24,953 nucleotides of DNA, taken from positions 1 to 24,953 of the IMG/VR virus record IMGVR_UViG_3300032212_000126; one strand, 5' to 3'. Position 1 is the stretch's first letter; each line of letters starts with the position of its first letter. The notes below the pieces were generated by a model that saw only the letters and a program-made list of their open reading frames with translations, had not been told where the DNA came from and made no database searches. Positions 1 to 6,163 of the stretch are shown here, piece by piece. The stretch is from a virus (taxonomy: Duplodnaviria > Caudoviricetes). The translations under genes and the position numbers were made by a program.

Positions 1-1238
1 TGTGGCTTGATGATGGCTTCGCTGGGTGTGTGTAGTTGCACTTGTTCCAGCTCACTCCATAGCTCTGCCGGGGTGCGGCCGTTCAAGCCGTCGTGTGAGC
101 GGTTATGATATTTTTCTATCCACGCAGCCAGGGCAGTTGAATAGTCATGCAGCGATGGCAGGCGAAGCTTTCCGGTCTTAACTTCACGAACAACCTTTTG
201 TAGTGCCTCGTCGGCCATGTCGGCACCGCAGTAAGTGTCCCAGCGTTTACCGAAGTCACGTTCCATCGTGCCGAAGAAACGTTCCACCTGGCCCTTGGCT
301 TTAGCGTTGTATGGCAGGGCAAACATAGGTTCGATATCAAAGCGGGCGTAATAACCAACGCTGTCATCGTTCATCATTTTTGATGCGTAACCAGAACCGT
401 TATCGATGTGCAGCATCGCAGGAACATGATCGTGACCAACCAACGCCCGGCTCAACGCAAACAAGGTGCTGTGGCTGCTCTCTGATTCACTGATATACCA
501 GCCTGCAACATAGCGGCTGCGCACATCCAACCACACGGTCAGCTCGGCGCGCCAGATGTCGCCAGTAAATGGATGAGCGATGTAAACGTCGATGGTGTGG
601 CCATCACCCTGATAGATAAAACCAGTGGGCAGGCATTCAGTGTCGCGGCGTACAAAACCACGCTGGGTGTTGCGATAAAGTCGCGCCCCCATCCGTGCTG
701 ATGAGTTTGCGCTAAAGTTGGCGGGTAGTGACTTCAGGTAACTGCGCACCCGGCTATCAGTGGCGCTGTCGAAGCCGTGATCCTCACGCAGTTCAATGGC
801 GACGGATGAAATACTGCGCTTGGTGGGTGTTTGCCAAAGACGAAGCGCCACCGCCTCCCAGCCGTAGACCTTACGTTCCTTGCCTTTGTGTTTGGGTGCA
901 GCCGCGGCGGTGTCACCGTTCAGGTGCTGGCGGTACTTATCGTCCCAGCGATATAAGGTGGCGCGATCAGGACACTTGCCAGCCTTCTTGGGTTGCAGTG
1001 TCGCCAGCGCGGTAATGACAGCAGACGCCAACGCTCCTTCTTTATGCTGCCGTTGAAACACGGCCACCGCTGGTCCCAAACTTTCACCGCCTGACTCACC
1101 GCGCAGTTTGCGGATATAACGCATCACCACCACCAGAGCATCACGCTTTTCTTGTTGCCTGGTATTCAAACGTGCAGGCTCCGTGGTGGTGCTATCGACA
1201 ACACGCAGGTGCGGCAAGATGAGGCGCTGGGTTTGCAT
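1..1238 (-). CDS. Mu-family DDE transposase (MuA-like), 3' end outside window
   Basis: Not in the ORF track. Manual translation from ATG 1238 (TAATG overlap with upstream stop): MQTQRLILPHL...PDRATLYRW...IYQGDGHTIDV...ELTVWLDVRSRYVAGW...LHIDNGSGY...PYNAKAKGQVERFFGTME...YHNRSHDGLNGRTPAELW; D-D-E triad intact, open to base 1. Confidence 0.93.
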   Translation of the reverse strand, partial: MQTQRLILPHLRVVDSTTTEPARLNTRQQEKRDALVVVMRYIRKLRGESGGESLGPAVAVFQRQHKEGALASAVITALATLQPKKAGKCPDRATLYRWDDKYRQHLNGDTAAAAPKHKGKERKVYGWEAVALRLWQTPTKRSISSVAIELREDHGFDSATDSRVRSYLKSLPANFSANSSARMGARLYRNTQRGFVRRDTECLPTGFIYQGDGHTIDVYIAHPFTGDIWRAELTVWLDVRSRYVAGWYISESESSHSTLFALSRALVGHDHVPAMLHIDNGSGYASKMMNDDSVGYYARFDIEPMFALPYNAKAKGQVERFFGTMERDFGKRWDTYCGADMADEALQKVVREVKTGKLRLPSLHDYSTALAAWIEKYHNRSHDGLNGRTPAELWSELEQVQLHTPSEAIIKP

Positions 1239-2257
1239 TATTTAACCTTCTTGCCTGTTGGGGCCAAATCCACCTGGCGCAACTTGTCACGCAGCTGGGC
1301 CTCGTTATCAAACGACTTCATCAGGCGCTTGGCATTAGCGACTTCCTTTTTATCCAGCTCAGGGGGGAACACATCTACATCCGCTTTGAAATCCTTAAAC
1401 AGATCAAAACCCTTGTCATGCAGTGCTGTGATGGTGGCGTACAGCCCTTGCAAGGCATACATCAGCGGATGGACAACACTATCCAGCTCTGCCTGGCTAA
1501 CATCCTGCGGCAGCATGGCAGCTCTATCCATAATGCTTTGCAGGGTGTGGCTGTTTACACGCAGGCACTCAGTCTCTTCAAGCACCGCCCGGCGCAACTC
1601 CTTTATATATAGGGCCGTCTCTGGCAGGGCTTTGTTTTTGCGGGTCTCTTCATCCAGCTGCCCGACACGCTCAGACAGGCGGTCGTTCTTTTTGTATTCT
1701 TTATCCAGCTGCTTGCGAAGCTGGACTACTTCTTGGGTCTGGCCATAAGTTAAGTCGTCATTTAGCGTGCCATCATCAAACATTTCGTCAACAATTGGTG
1801 CGGGGAGCGCGGCAATTAAATTAATTGTTCGTTGTGGCAAATGCGACACGCGTGTCGCATTTGATTCTGAAACACCCTGAACCAATAGAGCAGCCTTCAT
1901 CCACCGTTGGGCTGTGCGAGCTTCTACGCCCTTATCTTTTAATCTGCCACCAAATGCACCGTGACCAAGCTCCCGTTTTAACAGTAGGTAGTAAAACCCC
2001 ATTTCGATATATGATTTATCAAGACCTGCTTCTTTCTTGCTGGTCTTAACTTCAAGTTCTTGTCCGGTTAGTAGTTTGCCGCGATATATAGGCAAATCTA
2101 TATCCGTGCTTTCTTTAATCGACATAAACCTTTTTACAAGTGCTTGCGTCTCATCATCACAATCAATCGGCGTGGCTAATGCCTTTTTAGGCTTTTGAAC
2201 TTCACCCTCCAACGGTTTGTTGTTACGAGGGCTGCGAGGTTTCTTTGTATCGCTCAT
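1238..2257 (-). CDS. DUF3102-like early protein with C-terminal coiled coil
   Basis: 339 aa; motif IEMGFYYLLLKRELGHGAF...ARTAQRWM resembles DUF3102; coupled to the transposase start. Confidence 0.7.
   Translation of the reverse strand: MSDTKKPRSPRNNKPLEGEVQKPKKALATPIDCDDETQALVKRFMSIKESTDIDLPIYRGKLLTGQELEVKTSKKEAGLDKSYIEMGFYYLLLKRELGHGAFGGRLKDKGVEARTAQRWMKAALLVQGVSESNATRVSHLPQRTINLIAALPAPIVDEMFDDGTLNDDLTYGQTQEVVQLRKQLDKEYKKNDRLSERVGQLDEETRKNKALPETALYIKELRRAVLEETECLRVNSHTLQSIMDRAAMLPQDVSQAELDSVVHPLMYALQGLYATITALHDKGFDLFKDFKADVDVFPPELDKKEVANAKRLMKSFDNEAQLRDKLRQVDLAPTGKKVK
1838..1863. repeat. Perfect 26-bp palindrome inside the DUF3102-like gene
   Basis: CAAATGCGACACGCGTGTCGCATTTG equals its own reverse complement. 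Confidence 0.95.
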
Positions 2258-2595
2258 AACCCCTTCTCCACACTTAGCAACTCTATGTGGCCTGCATAAG
2301 CAGATGAGTTACGAGTAAAATCCAGGGCGTCGGAAATTTTATGCTGCTTCCTCTGGTGGACATACACATAAAAAACATCAACAGCAGATTTGCACCACTG
2401 CTTAGACACTCCTTTTTTTTGACAGTAATGGTCTTCATCTTTTTCGTTGGTAACAGCTAAAGCTGATCCCGCTTTAATTACTGAGCATAAATGCTTAGTC
2501 TCAATTAATTTAAGGTGAGCCATCTGCTCGGCAAACGCTAATCCCGCCGTTACAGTCTTCATATTTTCAAAGTCTGATAATTTAAAACCACTCAT
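2254..2595 (-). CDS. Hypothetical protein (AT-rich)
   Basis: 113 aa; AGGAGG upstream; ATGA overlap with next gene. Confidence 0.75.
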   Translation of the reverse strand: MSGFKLSDFENMKTVTAGLAFAEQMAHLKLIETKHLCSVIKAGSALAVTNEKDEDHYCQKKGVSKQWCKSAVDVFYVYVHQRKQHKISDALDFTRNSSAYAGHIELLSVEKGL

Positions 2596-2597
2596 AA

Positions 2598-3077
2598 CTA
2601 ACCTCCTAGTTTGTTGCGTAAAAATCGCTCTTGTTGTGCGATCTGCGTCTTGGTTAAAATCGTTTCCCCTAACTGCTTGGCCAAGGCTTCCTGCTCATCA
2701 ATCACATGCAGCCCCAACGCTTTGGTGATGACTTCTAAAGGGGTCAGCACACCTCTAAGCGCCCAGATCAAAGGGGGCAACATCTCAGCCGGAAAAGGCC
2801 GGTCTTCTGAACTCTTGGCAGTCCAGCCATCAAACTGGCGTTTAGTGATTTGGCTCTCATCCGGCAAACAAAGGTTCATGCGGTCGATTATTCGCTCCCG
2901 CCCCAATCCATGCCTGGCCGCTTGACGCAGCGCCTCCTTAATGCCCGCCAGCAGCTCCAGCCGAATATCAAGGTCTGGTGCGTTGTCGCTCAAGTGGGTT
3001 GGTGTCATGCCGCCCACTTGTTGGAAGAGATCTGGCTGATCACTGGTAAAAGAATTATTGTTTTTATCCACTGACAC
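2598..3077 (-). CDS. Phage early protein, probable DNA-binding regulator
   Basis: 159 aa; GTG start with AAGAGG; HTH-like segment LGRERIIDRMN...ITKRQFDGWTA; in early operon. Confidence 0.7.
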   Translation of the reverse strand: MSVDKNNNSFTSDQPDLFQQVGGMTPTHLSDNAPDLDIRLELLAGIKEALRQAARHGLGRERIIDRMNLCLPDESQITKRQFDGWTAKSSEDRPFPAEMLPPLIWALRGVLTPLEVITKALGLHVIDEQEALAKQLGETILTKTQIAQQERFLRNKLGG

Positions 3078-3133
3078 AGACCTCTTGGTTGGCTACGCTG
3101 TTTCCACACACAGACGCAACAGGGGTAAAAGAA

Positions 3134-3472
3134 ATGAAATACATCGAGAGTTGTGATGCTCTAAGCAAAGCGCTTCTGGCCCAGGTGCGGGATGTTTCCG
3201 CCTTGCGCCAGCAGTTAATAAATATCGATGTGCGAGGCTGGATGAGAGTCAACATTAAAGAGGTAACGATGGTCATTCTGTCCCCTCCCGCGCAGCCGAC
3301 TGATCTGCAGCTGTATGCGGCGGCATACCTGTGCAATCTGGCGCGGCCTCTATTAGAGCTATTTCATGACGCACATCTGCCGCTGTCAGGTGCAGACCGG
3401 GACGTGGTTTGCAGTATGGGTCTGAAGGCATTGCGCATGGGCAGTCTGCCGCCGCCAGAGTTGGTGGGATGA
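3134..3472 (+). CDS. Hypothetical protein antisense to the early operon
   Basis: ATG 3134 preceded by AGGGGT; 112 aa, helical-looking; stop abuts the ner stop. Competing minus-strand ORFs exist. Confidence 0.5.
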   Translation: MKYIESCDALSKALLAQVRDVSALRQQLINIDVRGWMRVNIKEVTMVILSPPAQPTDLQLYAAAYLCNLARPLLELFHDAHLPLSGADRDVVCSMGLKALRMGSLPPPELVG

Positions 3473-3694
3473 TCATGCCGCAGCCCGCCCTGTTTTTTGA
3501 TACCATTTGGGCCAAAGCTTATTTAGTGGTTTGTTGGTGAGTTCTGAAATGAGGCTCTCAACTTTGCTGCTGCGGCCACGACCGTGGATGACGTGTGAAA
3601 TAGTTGAGCGATCGTCTATCTTTAATCGAGAGGCGATGAGTTCTTGGGTGTAACCTTTTTTCTTTAAAATGGCATTTATGTCATGGGGACTCAC
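3473..3694 (-). CDS. ner: Ner/Nlp-like HTH regulator
   Basis: 73 aa: MSPHDINAILKKKGYTQELIA...ISELTNKPLNKLWPKWY, Ner-type pattern; AAGGAGG before GTG; divergent from repressor. Confidence 0.8.
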   Translation of the reverse strand: MSPHDINAILKKKGYTQELIASRLKIDDRSTISHVIHGRGRSSKVESLISELTNKPLNKLWPKWYQKTGRAAA

Positions 3695-3722
3695 AATGAC
3701 CTCCTTTTTATTTGCTCTTGTG

Positions 3723-3778
3723 GTTCACGTTTGTGAACTGCATGACAGGAGATTAGTATACAAATGAATACCAGTCAA
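3723..3778 (-). promoter_or_regulatory. Early promoter with two candidate operators
   Basis: Minus strand TTGACT-N17-TAATCT; dyads GTTCACGTTTGTGAAC (3723-3738) and GTATACAAATGAATAC (3756-3771, in the promoter spacer). Confidence 0.6.
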
Positions 3779-3795
3779 CCCCAAAAGGTTGCCAA

Positions 3796-4239
3796 TTGAG
3801 TACCTTGTTTGAAAGGTTAGTTGAGGAGCGTAAGCGACTTGGCATGAGCCAGACCGTGTTTGGAAGCAAAGGGGGGGTCGGAAAAGGTTCGCAGATCAAT
3901 TATGAAAAAGGAGATAGGAAGCCGGATAGTGACTATTTTGAAGGGGTCGCTGAGGCTGGCGCGGATGTCCTGTACATTATTACTGGTGCCCGAGCTTCTT
4001 ATATTGGTACCCAAGAAACCAGCGTAAAATACACTGTCAATCAACCACCGCGACGGGCAATTGATCCCGAAGACTCAAACGCTGATCTATTCACGCTTAT
4101 AGATCTTTATCGGTATCTGAATAGTGCACGCCGAGCAGAGGTGTTGCAGGCAGTGCGTGGGCTTGCGGCAGACCAGCTGAATGAAGAGTACGATCTGGCT
4201 GGTGATTGTGATGAACAGAAAGGCGGCGGGCAACTGTAA
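3796..4239 (+). CDS. Prophage repressor, XRE-family HTH
   Basis: 147 aa; ERLVEERKRLGMSQTVFG...SQINYEKGDRKPDSDY...GADVLYIITG; divergent from ner; no S24 peptidase domain visible. Confidence 0.88.
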   Translation: MSTLFERLVEERKRLGMSQTVFGSKGGVGKGSQINYEKGDRKPDSDYFEGVAEAGADVLYIITGARASYIGTQETSVKYTVNQPPRRAIDPEDSNADLFTLIDLYRYLNSARRAEVLQAVRGLAADQLNEEYDLAGDCDEQKGGGQL

Positions 4240-4397
4240 GTAAATTACAGGGTGTAAAGCATATATAAACTCTGCTAACGTAATGTTTCTCTAGTCACCA
4301 CGGATTGTGGCAAGGGTGTCAAAATCTACCACCTCGGATTGTGGTTAATCGGGCAGCACGTCGTGCTGGCTTATATAGCTATGGATTCGGGGGAATC

Positions 4398-4604
4398 ATG
4401 GGAAAGGTTGTAGGTATTGGTGCGGTTGTTCAATTAGCGGCGTTTGCGCATCAGCGCGGGGTCAGCGATCCAGAGGTTATCAGAATTGCGCAACAGCGCC
4501 GTATAAAGCGACGAGTCAAACAGAGTCATTCAATAGCATCCGAGGCCGATATAGTATTATGGGGGCCAAGGAGTTTGCATGGCCAGGATCGTAGTGGCGG
4601 ATGA
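4398..4604 (+). CDS. Small hypothetical protein
   Basis: ATG 4398 after GGGGGA; 68 aa, basic; overlaps start of the response regulator. Confidence 0.5.
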   Translation: MGKVVGIGAVVQLAAFAHQRGVSDPEVIRIAQQRRIKRRVKQSHSIASEADIVLWGPRSLHGQDRSGG

Positions 4605-5163
4605 CGACCCGATAATCCGTCGATTCTTTGAAGAAATCCTAAAAAAACATACTGTCATATCCGTCGATGATGGCGTTCAGGCGTGGGGTGAAGTGAAGTC
4701 AAAACGTCCTGACCTGGTGTTGACTGATCAGCACATGCCTAATATGAATGGCGTTGAGTTGGCTAATAGGCTGCAAGGCTGGGGCGTGCCTTTTGTGTTT
4801 GTTACGGGTGACAGCACGCCAGACCTGGTGCGGCGTGCTGCCGATGTTGGTGCATTAGGTTTCATTGTAAAGCGCGATATCAGACATCTCGACTTAGAGC
4901 AGTTGTTGTTGACCATAGAGATTGCACTGGCGCGGGGCGCTGATCAGGCCAGATGGCTGCAAAGCAAAACTAGAAATGCAGCTGTCGGAATCATCATGGG
5001 CAGATCGGAACTGAGTGAGTCAGGCGCATTCAACCTGCTGCGTTCAGTGGCGCGTAACCGAGGTCTGTCTATTGATGAAACAGCCCGTTTACTGATTGCC
5101 GATATGGAAGCCTCAAACGAAAGCTTTAGATTATGGAAGATAGCTAAAAACGAGACCAGCTAG
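4579..5163 (+). CDS. Response regulator, receiver + ANTAR RNA-binding domain
   Basis: REC motifs IVVADDD, DLVLTDQHMPNMNG, VTG, GFIVK; C-terminal AVGIIMGRSELSESGAFNLLRSVARNRGLSIDETARLL fits the ANTAR pattern; AAGGAG RBS. Confidence 0.88.
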   Translation: MARIVVADDDPIIRRFFEEILKKHTVISVDDGVQAWGEVKSKRPDLVLTDQHMPNMNGVELANRLQGWGVPFVFVTGDSTPDLVRRAADVGALGFIVKRDIRHLDLEQLLLTIEIALARGADQARWLQSKTRNAAVGIIMGRSELSESGAFNLLRSVARNRGLSIDETARLLIADMEASNESFRLWKIAKNETS

Positions 5164-5275
5164 TTTTTTAACCTCAGGCCCACAGAGGGCCGCTCTAAGC
5201 GTCCCTGCTGTCATGGCTTGAAGTTTTCGCTAGGGCCGCTCACAATCGTTTTTAAATCGGTTTTAAATATGCTTG
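5164..5275. other. Candidate strong gyrase site (SGS)-like tract
   Basis: Non-coding; roughly 10-11 bp spaced GC motifs followed by CGTTTTTAAATCGGTTTTAAAT; upstream of the protease gene as for the Mu SGS. Confidence 0.5.
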
Positions 5276-5375
5276 GGTTGAGTGATAGGCGTGCAGCCTT
5301 ATTGAGTTTGGCATTAAGGCGTGCATTGTTAGAAATAATGGTAATGCAGGCTAATAATATTAAGGGGGGAGTAAC

Positions 5376-5834
5376 GTGAGGTTTTTTATTTTAATAGTAC
5401 TTGCAGCCACATTTCCTGCGCATGCGGCTGTATACAAATGCGTGGTGGATAACCAGACCGTATATTCCGATAAGCCCTGTGCAGATGAAGCCGAGAAACT
5501 AGACATTAAGGTTCATCAACCTAATTCTAGGGATATAGATTCCTTACTCGACCGAACAGTCAAAATGAAACGCGATTCAAAAATACATAACTTAAAATCA
5601 AAAATAAGGCGGCAAGAATCCAAAATTGATCAATTGCGCTTATCAATGGATAAAGAGTTAGCTGCACTTAAAAAAAAGAAATCTCGATCTGCTAATAACT
5701 CTGCAGGTGCCACGTGGGAAAACAGCATCTCTAATGAAATGAGTGCAGTGGTATCAAAATATAATTTAAAAATAAGCGTTGCTGAGGCTGAGATTACGCG
5801 TCATCGAGATATGTTAAGCCAGATTGGGAAATGA
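5376..5834 (+). CDS. DUF4124-like secreted protein with coiled coil (moron)
   Basis: Signal peptide ending AHA, then AVYKCVVDNQTVYSDKPC; AT-rich; AAGGGGGGAG RBS. Confidence 0.8.
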   Translation: MRFFILIVLAATFPAHAAVYKCVVDNQTVYSDKPCADEAEKLDIKVHQPNSRDIDSLLDRTVKMKRDSKIHNLKSKIRRQESKIDQLRLSMDKELAALKKKKSRSANNSAGATWENSISNEMSAVVSKYNLKISVAEAEITRHRDMLSQIGK

Positions 5835-5959
5835 AAAGTCTGCACTGTTATTTAATGGGTCATAAATGGCGATTTGTTCGCATCAGCCTGGAGGGTGATA
5901 AGGTATTTGTCTGTCAACGTTGCGGCAAAGATGTATGCAGGGCTTATCCAAGGTGGTAA
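5831..5959 (+). CDS. 42-aa Cys/His protein, DUF1660-like
   Basis: Not in track: MKSLHCYLMGHKWRFVRISLEGDKVFVCQRCGKDVCRAYPRW; ATGA overlap with upstream stop; ends just before the terminator. Confidence 0.7.
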   Translation: MKSLHCYLMGHKWRFVRISLEGDKVFVCQRCGKDVCRAYPRW

Positions 5960-5960
5960 T

Positions 5961-5990
5961 AAAAAGGGGCGCACACAGCGCCCCTTTTTT
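5961..5990. terminator. Intrinsic terminator, potentially bidirectional
   Basis: AAAAAGGGGCGC-ACACA-GCGCCCCTTTTTT. Confidence 0.9.
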
Positions 5991-6109
5991 TATATGCCGA
6001 TAATTGAAAGTGATTACATTGCTCTATCCTCTATTGTGGTTTTAGCAGCTACTCTTGACGTATTAAACCTAGCAATGTAATTCTATAAACATCACCATCA
6101 ATGAAGAGG

Positions 6110-6163
6110 CGTAAACAATTTTACGGCTCTTTTCTTTTGTCTGTCTGCATCAATATGCACGGC
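6110..6163 (+). promoter_or_regulatory. Candidate Mor/C-type activator-dependent late promoter
   Basis: Dyad CGTAAA-CAAT-TTTACG (6110-6125), T-rich spacer, no -35, -10-like CAATAT (6151-6156), ATG 7 nt later. Confidence 0.55.

Noticed and set aside
116-1748. Track ORFs 116-367, 728-1015, 734-916, 1152-1748, 1418-1612
   Set aside because: Shadow frames of the transposase and DUF3102-like genes
4305-4397. TTG-start extension of the small ORF
   Set aside because: No SD; ATG 4398 has one
5177-5191. GGCCC/GGGCC hairpin as terminator of the ANTAR gene
   Set aside because: Short stem and no downstream U tract on the + strand
5860-5960. ANTAR-like loops just upstream of the terminator
   Set aside because: Loops such as AATGGC, AAAGAT, AAGGTG have at most 2-bp stems; expected by chance
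5874-6080. 68-aa + strand ORF
   Set aside because: Crosses the terminator and overlaps the better-supported 42-aa ORF
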